DNA from: Verrucomicrobiota bacterium | GTDB lineage: Bacteria; Verrucomicrobiota; Verrucomicrobiia; Limisphaerales; UBA11358 | Reading direction: 5' to 3' | NCBI GenBank assembly: GCA_050010435.1 | Contig: JBEKKZ010000002.1 | Coordinates: 64 to 64,063, forward strand | Length of the DNA stretch: 64,000 nucleotides | Shown: positions 8,505 to 18,079 of the stretch, one piece after another | Layout: each line of letters starts with the position of its first letter | Position numbering within the stretch: position 1 is the first letter of the stretch | Translations under genes and position numbers: made by a program | The notes under the pieces: generated by a model | What the model was told of the DNA's origin: nothing | Seen by the model: the letters and a program-made list of their open reading frames with translations, nothing else | Database searches by the model: none

Positions 8505-11500
8505 ATGAAAAAATCGAACTGGCAAAAACTGGCCGGAACTTCCGCCGATCCGGCCCGGGTCAAACATTTCCTCGATTTGCTCGCCGCGACGGGCGTCGGT
8601 CCCCAACTTGAACAATTTTCCGCCGACCAGATTCGCGTCGTGGTTGCACTATTGAGCGGTTCACAGGCACTCGGCAATTTGCTGGTCGCGAATCCCGGCT
8701 GGCTGTCGGCGCTTGACATCGAGCAGCTCAAATTTCCACGTCGCGCAGATGGCTTTCGGCGCGAGATCGAAAGCGGGTTGAAACCGAAACTGGAGGCGCG
8801 CGATTACGCCGGCGCGTTTGCCGGATTGCGCCGCTTCAAGCAGCGCGAAATGCTGCGCATCGCCGCGCGTGACCTCGCCCGCCTCAGCAACGTGGTTGAA
8901 ATCACCCGCGAAATTTCGGACCTGGCCGACGTGTGCCTTGACGCCGTGTGGCGGATTTGCCGGCAGCAATTCACCGGGCGATTCGGCCAGCCTTTTCATC
9001 AGGATGCGGAGGGGAACTGGCAGCGCACGGAATTTTGTGTGCTCGGCATGGGCAAGCTCGGCGGGCAGGAACTCAATTACAGCTCCGACGTGGACGTGCT
9101 GTTCCTCCACAGCGATGAGGGCGAAGTGTTCAAAGCAACGCCGGCGAAGAAAAAAGCGCAGCGCGCCACGATGTCCAACCGCCAATTTTTCAACAAGCTC
9201 GCCGAAGCTTTCATCGCCGAAGTCTCCCGCGTGACGCCGGACGGGATGTTGTTCCGCATTGATTTGCGATTGCGACCCGAAGGTGACGCCGGGCCACTGT
9301 GCCGTTCGCTTGAAAGCTATGAGAATTATTACACGGAATGGGGACAGACCTGGGAGCGGATGATGCTCATCAAGGCGCGGGGTGTTGCCGGCGACGAAAG
9401 TCTGGCCGCCGAGTTCCTCGAAATGATCCAGCCCTTCCGGTTTCCGCCTTCGCTAAGCGCCGACGTGCTCCGGGAAGTCGCTGCCGTCAAGGATCGGATC
9501 GAAAAGGAAGTGGTGGGCGAGGAAGAACTGGAGCGAAACGTCAAACTGGGGCGCGGCGGCATTCGTGAAATTGAATTCATCGCGCAGTCGCTGCAAATCC
9601 TGCATGCCGGGAAACTGCCCTTTCTCCAGACTGCGCAGACGCTCCCGTGCCTGGCCAAGCTGGCCCAGTACAAATTGCTGGCGGAAGAAGAAGCGCAACA
9701 ACTCGACGCCGCCTACCAGTTTCTCCGCGATGTCGAGCATCGCCTGCAAATGGAGGAAAATCAGCAGACGCACACGATTCCCGCTGACCGTCATGCGCAA
9801 CTGAGGCTGGCGCGGCTGATGGGCTTCAGGTCATTGGCAGAATTTGAGGCCGCGCTGCAAATGCACACCGGCAATGTGCGGCGGGTTTATGACAAACTCC
9901 TGAAATCAGACGCGCCAAAATCAGCGCACGCGGTTCTCCCGCCGGAATTCGATGGCGCGGAGGCGGAATGGGAAAACCTGCTCGCCGCGCATTCGTTTCG
10001 CAACCCGGAGACGGCATTTCGCCTGCTCAAGGAATTCGCCGAAGGCCCGGGTTACGTTCATGTGTCGCCGCACACGACGGAACTGGCGCGGCAATTGATT
10101 CTAAAATTCCTGGCTCTTTGTCCGAAAAAAAGTGGGACGGGCTTCCAGCCTGTCCCGGCTTCAGAAATGAGAATCGGGAAAAAAGATGGGGACCGGCTGG
10201 AAGCCTGTCCTGCTTTGTCCGATCCCGACCGCGTGGTGACGCGTTTGGACAGCTTCATTGAGGCTTACGGCACGCGCACGGCGCTGTTTGAAATGTGGAA
10301 CGGCAACCCGGCGGCGTTTGAGTTGATGCTGTTGCTGTTCGACCGTTCCGAATTTTTGGCCGAGGCCGCCATTCGCGATCCGGATTTAATTGACGATTTT
10401 GTGGCCGGCGGGCGCCTGCGCCAGCGCAAAATGGCGCCGGAGATTTTGAAGGATTTGCGCCACGGACACGGTGACGAAGACCAGTTTTTCTGGCTGCGCC
10501 GCTATCATGAGGCCGAGTTGATGCGGCTCGGCCTGCGCGACATCCTGGGCCTTGCCGATTTCGAGCAAAATCTCGCCGAACTCTCCGCGCTCGCCGACGC
10601 CTGCCTGCAATACGCGCTGGAAGTTGTCATGCGCAAAAACAAAATCCGGACGCCGCCGGTCGTCGTCATCGGGCTCGGCAAACTGGGCGGGTGTGAAATT
10701 GATTACGGTTCCGACCTTGACCTCCTGTTTGTCACGGACGCCCGGGCAAAGGAGCTGCCAAAATTGCAGCGGCTGGCCGTGGAGGTGAAGGAATTGCTGT
10801 CGCGTCGGACGGAACAGGGGATGGTATTTCACACCGACGCGCGGCTGCGTCCCGACGGCGAGAAAGGTCTGCTGGTCAACACGCTGGCGGCTTACGAGGA
10901 ATATTACCGGCAGCGGGCGCAGCTTTGGGAAATCCAGGCGCTCACCCGTACGCGACCCGTGGCCGGAAACCTGGCGCTGGGCGAAAAGTTCCAGGGGTTG
11001 GTTGCCCGATTGACGGATTTCTCGAAAGTAGCGCAGGCGTCTCGCCTGCCGAAAATGAAGTCAAGGCAGAGCAGACGGGACGTCTGCGCTACTTTACCTG
11101 CCTGTTTCGTTCCTGACTGGAAAAGGCAAATCCATCAAATGCGGCTGCGCATCGAGAAAGAGCGCACACCGCAGGGTCAGGACGACCTGGCCATCAAAAC
11201 CGGCAAGGGCGGTTTGATGGATGCGGAATTCATCGCCCAGGCTTTGTGCCTTGAAAACGGCTGGCAGGAGGCAAACACCTTGCGTGCGCTCGAGCGGGCG
11301 CGCGAGGCCGTTGGAGTTCAATCCCGCATAGCGGGACTGCGCCGCAAGGGCACGCCAAAGCGTGAACTCCAACCACTGACACGCGGGGATTTTGAAAAGT
11401 TGATCGAAAATTACAGGCACTTGCGCCGAGTCGAAGGCATTTTACGCCGTTGGAGTTACGAAGGTGAAACGGTTTTGCCGGACGATCCCGCGCCGTATTA

Positions 11501-11657
11501 TCGCGTTTCCGTGCGCTGCGGTTTTGCCACGCCGGAAGAATTTGGAAACGCGCTGGCGAAATGGCGGCAGGCAATCCGCATGGTTTACGAAAAAGTTTTT
11601 AACGCCAAGACGCCAGGACGCGAAGAAGAAAATAAAATCAAGAAAAGCCGTGGGTAG
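8505..11657 (+). CDS. glnE: Bifunctional glutamine synthetase adenylyltransferase/adenylyl-removing enzyme
   Basis: Two NT domains: GMGKLGGQELNYSSDVD and GLGKLGGCEIDYGSDLD; DLRLRPEG; VKLGRGGIREIEF; contains three in-frame palindromic insertions. Confidence 0.95.
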   Translation: MKKSNWQKLAGTSADPARVKHFLDLLAATGVGPQLEQFSADQIRVVVALLSGSQALGNLLVANPGWLSALDIEQLKFPRRADGFRREIESGLKPKLEARDYAGAFAGLRRFKQREMLRIAARDLARLSNVVEITREISDLADVCLDAVWRICRQQFTGRFGQPFHQDAEGNWQRTEFCVLGMGKLGGQELNYSSDVDVLFLHSDEGEVFKATPAKKKAQRATMSNRQFFNKLAEAFIAEVSRVTPDGMLFRIDLRLRPEGDAGPLCRSLESYENYYTEWGQTWERMMLIKARGVAGDESLAAEFLEMIQPFRFPPSLSADVLREVAAVKDRIEKEVVGEEELERNVKLGRGGIREIEFIAQSLQILHAGKLPFLQTAQTLPCLAKLAQYKLLAEEEAQQLDAAYQFLRDVEHRLQMEENQQTHTIPADRHAQLRLARLMGFRSLAEFEAALQMHTGNVRRVYDKLLKSDAPKSAHAVLPPEFDGAEAEWENLLAAHSFRNPETAFRLLKEFAEGPGYVHVSPHTTELARQLILKFLALCPKKSGTGFQPVPASEMRIGKKDGDRLEACPALSDPDRVVTRLDSFIEAYGTRTALFEMWNGNPAAFELMLLLFDRSEFLAEAAIRDPDLIDDFVAGGRLRQRKMAPEILKDLRHGHGDEDQFFWLRRYHEAELMRLGLRDILGLADFEQNLAELSALADACLQYALEVVMRKNKIRTPPVVVIGLGKLGGCEIDYGSDLDLLFVTDARAKELPKLQRLAVEVKELLSRRTEQGMVFHTDARLRPDGEKGLLVNTLAAYEEYYRQRAQLWEIQALTRTRPVAGNLALGEKFQGLVARLTDFSKVAQASRLPKMKSRQSRRDVCATLPACFVPDWKRQIHQMRLRIEKERTPQGQDDLAIKTGKGGLMDAEFIAQALCLENGWQEANTLRALERAREAVGVQSRIAGLRRKGTPKRELQPLTRGDFEKLIENYRHLRRVEGILRRWSYEGETVLPDDPAPYYRVSVRCGFATPEEFGNALAKWRQAIRMVYEKVFNAKTPGREEENKIKKSRG
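10131..10214. repeat. REP-doublet (REPIN-like) element in frame inside glnE
   Basis: AGTGGGACGGGCTTCCAGCCTGTCCC ... GGGACCGGCTGGAAGCCTGTCCTGCT; translated as SGTGFQPVP...GDRLEACPA. Confidence 0.85.
11025..11095. repeat. GTAG-type REP doublet in frame inside glnE
   Basis: AAAGTAGCGCAGGCGTCTCGCCTGC ... GCAGACGGGACGTCTGCGCTACTTT; translated as KVAQASRLP...SRRDVCATL. Confidence 0.85.
11310..11373. repeat. Palindromic insertion in frame inside glnE
   Basis: GTTGGAGTTCA ... TGAACTCCAAC arms with an internal TCCCGC-ata-GCGGGA hairpin. Confidence 0.7.
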
Positions 11658-11804
11658 CACCCGCCTCCGGCGGGTGCAATTCGGCGTCCCGCCGAATTGC
11701 CCGGCACGCGTATGATTGCCGGGTCGGATGAGTGACAACAATCTGTGTCCGCAAACAGTTTCGGGCGTGACACCCGAAACAACCCGCGGGACGCGGGTGC
11801 TACC
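11652..11804. repeat. Intergenic GTAG-type REP doublet
   Basis: GGTAGCACCCGCCTCCGGCGGGTG ... ACCCGCGGGACGCGGGTGCTACC between convergent genes. Confidence 0.75.
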
Positions 11805-11836
11805 GTATTATTCCTGCATCGCAATGCTTCTGTGCT

Positions 11837-12724
11837 TCAAGCCTTTTTCCGCTGGCGCGCGACTTCGTAAAGGAAAACCGCCGCCGCGGCGCCGACGTTC
11901 AGTGAATCCACCGTCGGCGGCATGGGAATGGCCACCGCTTCATCACACGCTTCCAGGACCGGCGCGGAAATGCCGCCGCCCTCGCTGCCGAAGACGATGC
12001 AGCAATCGCCGGTGAAATCCGCCTGCGACAGAAATTTTTTGTTCGTGTGCGGATGCGCGGCGAGGCAACGAACGCCGCGGGCGCGCAAATCGCGCAATGT
12101 CTGCGCCAAAGTTTCGGAGGGCGGAGTTCCACGACGCCCTGATTTTTCCGGGGAAGTTTGGGGCTCGCGGAGCTCGCCCCTCCGGCTTAGTTCGATGACC
12201 GGCAACTGCAGGATTGTGCCCATGGAATTGCGGACGGCGCGGCGCAAAAACGGGCTGCTGGAGGTTTCGCCGACGATCAGCGCCTGGACGCCGAAGGCGA
12301 CGCAGTTGCGCACCAGCGCGCCGAGATTTTCCGCGCTCGTCAGTGCGTCCACGGCCGCGAGGAGCAACGGTTTCGGGTTCTTCGATAAAATGTCATCCAA
12401 CGAAGCGGGCGGGGGAATCTTCCCGACGGCGAGCTGGCCCTGATACATCGAAAAGCCGATGAGGGATTCAAGCAGCTTTTTGTCCGCGAGATAAACGGTG
12501 AGTTTTTCCGGTCGCGCTTCGAGCAGCGGACGGAAGCCATCCAGATGTTTTTCGGGCAGCAAAACGGAGATGACTTCAAAACGGCTTTCGAGCAGCCGGC
12601 GCACGACCTTTTCGCCCTCGGCCACGAAGATGCCCTGTCGTTCATGCTCCAGCGGCCGGCGCATGGTGCGATACGGCGCGAGTTCCGGCAGGTCGAGCGC
12701 GGTGATTTTTTGAACGTGGAACAT
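11837..12724 (-). CDS. TrmH/SpoU-family RNA methyltransferase
   Basis: ENLGALVRN, RRAVRNSMG, IVFGSEGGG, IPMPPTVDSLNVGAAAAV SPOUT motifs; in-frame palindromic insertion at 12115-12184. Confidence 0.92.
   Translation of the reverse strand: MFHVQKITALDLPELAPYRTMRRPLEHERQGIFVAEGEKVVRRLLESRFEVISVLLPEKHLDGFRPLLEARPEKLTVYLADKKLLESLIGFSMYQGQLAVGKIPPPASLDDILSKNPKPLLLAAVDALTSAENLGALVRNCVAFGVQALIVGETSSSPFLRRAVRNSMGTILQLPVIELSRRGELREPQTSPEKSGRRGTPPSETLAQTLRDLRARGVRCLAAHPHTNKKFLSQADFTGDCCIVFGSEGGGISAPVLEACDEAVAIPMPPTVDSLNVGAAAAVFLYEVARQRKKA
12115..12184. repeat. GGAG-type REP doublet in frame inside the TrmH gene
   Basis: CGGAGGGCGGAGTTCCACGACGCCC ... GGGGCTCGCGGAGCTCGCCCCTCCG; translated as RRGELREPQ...GRRGTPPSE. 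Confidence 0.8.
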
Positions 12725-12730
12725 GGACGT

Positions 12731-13051
12731 TCAAACCGTCACTTTCATCACTTTCCCCGGCTTCAATTTTGGCAACAGCGCGAGCACTTTCGGCATGAGC
12801 GGGCTGGTATCTGCCAGACGATTTGAGGGCGCACGCAGAGCAACGATGGCGATACGAATCCGGGCGGGATTTTGTTCGCCAACCATCGAGCTGTCCATGG
12901 TGATTAGAACATCGAAATTTTCCTGCGCGCGGGTGAGGAGCTTGCCGTTTTTTAATCCTGCCCAACCGAGACGCGGCACAGATTTGACTTCGTGACCGGG
13001 AAGAAAACGTTCCAGCCGCCAGTCCAGGTTTTCGTCCAGAAGAATTCTCAC
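12731..13051 (-). CDS. DUF5615-type PIN-like toxin
   Basis: MRILLDENL...GWAGLKNGKLL...FDVLITMD; downstream of a DUF433 gene. Confidence 0.85.
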   Translation of the reverse strand: MRILLDENLDWRLERFLPGHEVKSVPRLGWAGLKNGKLLTRAQENFDVLITMDSSMVGEQNPARIRIAIVALRAPSNRLADTSPLMPKVLALLPKLKPGKVMKVTV

Positions 13052-13052
13052 G

Positions 13053-13265
13053 TCAGGCGTGGGTGAGAACTTCGGTTTCCATTTCCTTGAGCACGGCCAG
13101 CACTTGCGAACGTTTCACGCTGGGAAATCCGTCCAGAAAAACCTCAATGGAATCGCCGGCCTTGAGATGGTCGAAAAGGCTCTGCACCGGCACGCGCGTT
13201 CCCTTGAACACCAGCGTGCCGCCCAGAATTTCCGGGTCGGAATGGTAGGCACGTTCTTTTCGCAT
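13053..13265 (-). CDS. DUF433 antitoxin
   Basis: SDPEILGGTLVFKGTRVPVQSLFDHLKAGDSIEVFLDGFPSV. Confidence 0.88.
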   Translation of the reverse strand: MRKERAYHSDPEILGGTLVFKGTRVPVQSLFDHLKAGDSIEVFLDGFPSVKRSQVLAVLKEMETEVLTHA

Positions 13266-13302
13266 GAACCAAGGATACGCCCGTTCGTTGTTTCGGGCAA
13301 GG

Positions 13303-13827
13303 TTAAGAAGACAATGGCGATTTGACAACTTTGACGTCTTTGTCCCGGAGAATTTGTAAAACCGGTTCGAGCATATTTTCGGCAACGGCAACAGTTTTGA
13401 CTTGAGAAACAAAAAATCTGCTGAATGCGTCATCGGATTCCATCAGCGTAAAATTCAAGACATAAAAAGTCTTGTCCCAGTTTTTTGTTGGAGTGACCCG
13501 ACATTCGGCTATGTTTTTATATGCTGAAAATGTACCAGAACGCCCAACCATCATCGAAATACCATTTTCTGCAAAAAATGTTACTGCCGTATATTTTGTC
13601 AAAAGACTGAATAAAAACATCACTACCGAACCGGTAATTACGGCGAACAGCATGTCCTTAAGCGATGGGGAATATATGTTGCGACCACCAAGACAAAGAT
13701 AAATAACAACGCCGCTGAGTCCCACGGTAAGATACGGAACAAAGAAAAAAATTCCGTTTCGTTGGCGCAAATAAGCCGACGGCACAGGACATTTGAGTAT
13801 TAATTTCCCGGCCTTGGACAAGCCCAT
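13303..13827 (-). CDS. Hypothetical membrane protein (low GC)
   Basis: 174-aa ORF with two TM segments; AT-rich; may be a fragment. Confidence 0.55.
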   Translation of the reverse strand: MGLSKAGKLILKCPVPSAYLRQRNGIFFFVPYLTVGLSGVVIYLCLGGRNIYSPSLKDMLFAVITGSVVMFLFSLLTKYTAVTFFAENGISMMVGRSGTFSAYKNIAECRVTPTKNWDKTFYVLNFTLMESDDAFSRFFVSQVKTVAVAENMLEPVLQILRDKDVKVVKSPLSS

Positions 13828-13865
13828 GCCGCAAGATTAATTAACGCAAAATAATCCGCAAATTT

Positions 13866-14648
13866 TTAGAGAGTTAAAGTTGCACCCGGCACATCCTGCG
13901 CGGCGAGCCGGAGTTGAACGTGGGTGGCGCTGATCTGGTGCAGGCGTTCGCTCATGACGTAGCGCGCGAGTTCCGGGCGATTGCATTCGCTGCTGAGATG
14001 CGCGAGGTAAAGATGTTTCAGTTCCGCGGACATGATTTGCGCGGCGGCCTCGGCAGCGGCCTCGTTGGAAAGATGGCCGTGGCGTCCAAGAATGCGTTGC
14101 TTGAGACTCCACGGTCGGCGGACGCAATCCTGCAACATCTTCACGTCGTGATTGGATTCGAGCACGAGGACATTGGCCGGACGGATGCGTTCGAGCACCA
14201 GTTTCGTCATGTGGCCGAGGTCGGTGACAAAACCGACGTTGCCGGCGGCGGTGCGCAGCAAAAAACCGACGGGGTCCTGGGCGTCGTGCGGAATGGCGAA
14301 GGTGTCCACCAGCAGGTCGCCGATTTCAAAGCTCGCGCCAGTGTTGAAGAGGTTGCAGTTAAATTTGGTCTGCAACTGAAATTCAAATGCCTCTTTCGTG
14401 GCACGGTTGCAATAAATCGGGATGTTCAGTTTGGCGGCGATTCCGATCAATCCCTGGACGTGGTCGGAATGTTCGTGCGTGACCAGGATGGCGGTGAGAT
14501 TTTCCGGCACCCGACTGATGGTGGCAAGGCGCTGGCGGATTTGGCGCGGGCTGAACCCGGCATCCACAAGCACGCGGGCTTCATCGGTTTCGAGGTAGGC
14601 ACAATTGCCGCCGGAACCGCTGCCGAGAATGGTAAATTTGACGGCCAC
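13866..14648 (-). CDS. MBL-fold metallo-hydrolase (YycJ/WalJ-like)
   Basis: LGSGSGGN, THEHSDH, PHDAQDP, ESNHD, GHLSN, LAHLSSECN. Confidence 0.92.
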   Translation of the reverse strand: MAVKFTILGSGSGGNCAYLETDEARVLVDAGFSPRQIRQRLATISRVPENLTAILVTHEHSDHVQGLIGIAAKLNIPIYCNRATKEAFEFQLQTKFNCNLFNTGASFEIGDLLVDTFAIPHDAQDPVGFLLRTAAGNVGFVTDLGHMTKLVLERIRPANVLVLESNHDVKMLQDCVRRPWSLKQRILGRHGHLSNEAAAEAAAQIMSAELKHLYLAHLSSECNRPELARYVMSERLHQISATHVQLRLAAQDVPGATLTL

Positions 14649-14766
14649 GACAAGACGTTAATGACGGGCAGGGGGGCGGGCAAATTTTTTCGGAGAAGAC
14701 CAAAGGTGCACCAGCTGGGACAAATTTGACTTTTCTGGTGAATCGGACCTAAATTGCACTGAATCT

Positions 14767-17511
14767 GTGTTTGCTTCTCTTAATCTCTGGAACGCCATGT
14801 GCTTTATGAATGAAAAGATGCGCATCAAGTCCGTCCTTTTCAACAAGTTGTGCTTTTCATTGAAACCCCGGTTTTCATTGATGGTTGTTGCCATTGGGCT
14901 TGCCGTTTTTTTCAGTATTACAAATCCGGGTATGGCGGCTGGCCTGCAAGTCCTTCGTGGTCACATACCGGAAGCCGTGTCACACTTGCAGCCGACTGGC
15001 CGCTTTCCGGGCACGAATCATTTGAACCTGGCCATCGGATTGCCGTTGCGGAACGAGGCGGCTCTGGACAATCTGCTACGGCAAATCTACGACCCGGCCA
15101 GCCCGAATTTCCGCCAATACCTGACACCGGAACAATTCGCGGAAATGTTTGGCCCGACGGAACAGGATTATCAGACGCTCATCGCTTTTGCAGGGAAGAA
15201 TGGCTTGACGGTGAGGGGCACGCATCCGAATCGCACGCTGTTGGATGTGAGCGGATCGGTGGCAGACATCGAACGGATTTTTCACGTGACAATGCGTGTC
15301 TATCAGCACCCGAAAGAAGCCCGCACGTTTTATGCGCCGGATACCGAACCTTCCATTGATGTGGCCATTCCAATTCTGCATATCAGCGGTTTGGATAACT
15401 TTATCCGACCGCGTCCCATGAGTCTTCACGCGATTCCATTGGATCACCTGACAAGGACAGCCTCGGCTTCCGGTTCGGGGCCGTCCGGTCTTTACATGGG
15501 AAATGATTTCCGGGCCGCCTATGCTCCGGGTGTTTCACTCAACGGCTCGGGGCAAGTGGTCGGGTTATTGGAGTTGGACGGTTATTATACAAGCGACATC
15601 ACCAATTATGAGCATCAGGCCGGGCTGACGAATGTGCCATTGCAGAATGTGTTGATTGACTCCTTTAGCGGGAACCCCGGCGCCAACAACGACGAAGTCG
15701 CCCTGGATATCGAGTTGGCGGTTGCCATGGCCCCGGCATTGTCAAAAGTCATTGTTTATGAAGGTCCCAATCCCGGCATTCCCGCTGATATTTTGGCGCG
15801 CATGGCTTCGGACAATTTGGCCAAACAAATCAGCTCCTCGTGGCTGATTGGCGATGACCCGAACGCGGACGTGCAATACAAAAATTTTGCCACGCAGGGG
15901 CAGTCTTTTTTTCAGGCTTCCGGCGATGACGGCGCGTATTATTCGGGAATTGCCCAATGGGCGGATGACACGAACATCACGCTCGTCGGTGGAACCACTT
16001 TGTCCACGAGCGGGCCCGGCGGCTCATGGTTGTCGGAAACCGTTTGGAATTGGTACAGCACCGGGCAAGGCACGGCTGGCGGCGGCGGGGGCATCAATTT
16101 CAACAACATCCTCATTCCAAGCTGGCAACAGGGCATCAACATGACGACCAACAAAGGCTCCGCGACGCTGCGGAACGTTCCCGATGTGGCCCTGACCGCG
16201 GATAACATCTATGTGATACACGACAACGGCCAATCAGGAGAAGATTATGGTGGCACCAGTTGCGCCGCGCCGCTCTGGGCGGGCTTTACCGCGCTGATCA
16301 ATCAGCAGGCCGTTGCCGCCGGCAAACCGACTGTCGGCTTCATCAATCCCGCCGTCTATGCCATTGGCAAAAGCGCCAATTTCACCGCCGATTTCCACGA
16401 TATCACCACCGGTAATAACACAAACACCACCGTCGGCAACGAATACTTTGCCGTTCCCGGCTACGACCTTTGCACCGGCTGGGGTACTCCGAACGGAATG
16501 AATTTAATCACTGCGCTCGCCACGCCCGAAGCGCTGGGAATTTTGCCGGGAACAGGTTTTACGTCCAGCGGGCCGGTTGGCGGCCCGTTCAACGTGACCA
16601 GCCAGAATTTTTCCCTCACCAATTCCGGCGGAACGTTATTCAATTGGTCGCTCGTTGGCATTCCTGCCTGGCTGAATGCTTCCCGGACCGGTGGCACACT
16701 GACGCCCAACGGCGCAACCAACGTGACAGTAAGCCTGAATTCCGCGGCCAGCAATCTGTTGGCCGGGGTTTACACCACCAATTTGGTTTTCACGAACCTG
16801 ACCAGCGGCATCGGACAGCCACGACAATTCACGTTGCAAGTCGGGCAGCCACTGCTTCAGAATGGCGGCTTTGAGACCGGTGATTTTACCGGTTGGACCC
16901 TGGTGGGAGACTCTTCGGGGACTTTTGTTGACGACAGTTCCCAAACCGGGATTCCGCCCCACTCGGGAACATATTTTGCGGCGTTGGGCCAGCAAGGCTC
17001 GCTCGGCTACCTTTCCCAGACGTTGTCAACTTTTGCCGGCCAGCCCTATTTTCTTTCCCTCTGGCTGTATAGTCCCTATTTGGGAAGCCATAATAAAAAC
17101 ACACCCAACGCTTTCCTGGTACAGTGGAATGGAGCCACCATTTATAATGCAACCAACATGCCGGCATTCTCTGCTTGGACCAACCTGCAATTTGTTGTCA
17201 CCGCAACCGGAACCAGCACCCTGCTGCAGTTCGGGTTTCAAGACGACCCATCATGGCTCGGCCTTGACGACATTAATGTGATTCCCATCCCGACGCCGTT
17301 AATCCAGGCTTTGACGAAAACTAACAACTCGGTGAAATTCAGTTGGAACACACTGACCAGCTTGGTCTATCAGGTGCAATACAAGACCAATTTGCTTCAA
17401 ACCAACTGGATTACCTTCTATACCAATACCGCAACCGGCACCACGCTATCCCTGACCAATTCCGTTGGGTCGGATCCGCGCCGGTTTTATCGCCTCCTGG
17501 TGTTGCCATAA
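14767..17511 (+). CDS. Secreted S53 (sedolisin/kumamolisin) peptidase with prodomain and C-terminal Ig/CBM-like and putative sorting domains
   Basis: Prodomain YLTPEQFAEMFGP; catalytic EVALDIE, ASGDDG, GGTSCAAP; GYDLCTGWGTP; ends RRFYRLLVLP; true start probably downstream (14818-14881). Confidence 0.92.
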   Translation: MFASLNLWNAMCFMNEKMRIKSVLFNKLCFSLKPRFSLMVVAIGLAVFFSITNPGMAAGLQVLRGHIPEAVSHLQPTGRFPGTNHLNLAIGLPLRNEAALDNLLRQIYDPASPNFRQYLTPEQFAEMFGPTEQDYQTLIAFAGKNGLTVRGTHPNRTLLDVSGSVADIERIFHVTMRVYQHPKEARTFYAPDTEPSIDVAIPILHISGLDNFIRPRPMSLHAIPLDHLTRTASASGSGPSGLYMGNDFRAAYAPGVSLNGSGQVVGLLELDGYYTSDITNYEHQAGLTNVPLQNVLIDSFSGNPGANNDEVALDIELAVAMAPALSKVIVYEGPNPGIPADILARMASDNLAKQISSSWLIGDDPNADVQYKNFATQGQSFFQASGDDGAYYSGIAQWADDTNITLVGGTTLSTSGPGGSWLSETVWNWYSTGQGTAGGGGGINFNNILIPSWQQGINMTTNKGSATLRNVPDVALTADNIYVIHDNGQSGEDYGGTSCAAPLWAGFTALINQQAVAAGKPTVGFINPAVYAIGKSANFTADFHDITTGNNTNTTVGNEYFAVPGYDLCTGWGTPNGMNLITALATPEALGILPGTGFTSSGPVGGPFNVTSQNFSLTNSGGTLFNWSLVGIPAWLNASRTGGTLTPNGATNVTVSLNSAASNLLAGVYTTNLVFTNLTSGIGQPRQFTLQVGQPLLQNGGFETGDFTGWTLVGDSSGTFVDDSSQTGIPPHSGTYFAALGQQGSLGYLSQTLSTFAGQPYFLSLWLYSPYLGSHNKNTPNAFLVQWNGATIYNATNMPAFSAWTNLQFVVTATGTSTLLQFGFQDDPSWLGLDDINVIPIPTPLIQALTKTNNSVKFSWNTLTSLVYQVQYKTNLLQTNWITFYTNTATGTTLSLTNSVGSDPRRFYRLLVLP

Positions 17512-17558
17512 AACTTTGCCACCCTTGCCTGTCAGGGTGGATGCAGTAGCATGAACGC

Positions 17559-17752
17559 GTGACCGATTTGCCCCAGCGCGTCGAACAAAACATCCAAAAC
17601 CGCCGGCTGCTCAAACCCGGACAGGCGGTTCTGGTTGCCGTCTCCGGTGGACTGGATTCGATGGCGCTGCTTCATTCGCTCCATGAACTTTCATCACGCC
17701 ACCGGTGGAAACTGACGGTCGCGCGTTTCAATCACCGGTTGCGCGGACGGAG
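17559..17752 (+). pseudogene. tilS: Duplicated 5' fragment of tilS
   Basis: MTDLPQRVEQNIQNRRLLKPGQAVLVAVSGGLDSMALL...FNHRLRGRS is nearly identical to the start of the 21148 gene, then breaks off. Confidence 0.88.
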
Positions 17753-17756
17753 CTGG

Positions 17757-17860
17757 CGCTGGCTGAACCCGGCATCCATGAACACGCGAGTCTCACCGGT
17801 TTTGATGCAGGCGCAATTGTCGCCGGAGCCACTGCCGAGGAGGGCAAGTTCGACAGCCAC
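17757..17860 (-). pseudogene. Degenerate duplicated 5' fragment of the MBL-fold hydrolase gene
   Basis: GGCTGAACCCGGCATCCA...GCAATTGTCGCCGGAGCCACTGCCGAG...GACAGCCAC aligns with 14549-14648. Confidence 0.75.
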
Positions 17861-18079
17861 AGACGGACGTCAGTGTCATCAGAGGAGGCGGGCAATTTTT
17901 TCGACGAGGTAAATTTGACTTTGGCATTATCTGAGCATAAAGTACACTGAACATTGGTATCGGTTTCACTTAAATGTGGAACGAGGTTTGCTTTTAATTG
18001 TTTGTGCGAGTCAAAACAAAGACTGCGTCCGGCGGATTCTAGCCGTTACGGATGGTTTCCTTATTCAAAACTGCGCTTT

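Noticed and set aside
11716-12015. 99-aa plus-strand ORF and other short ORFs across the repeat elements (e.g. 30599-30847, 32105-32326, 54343-54594)
   Set aside because: They overlap REP/MITE-like repeats or real genes on the opposite strand; no coding signature
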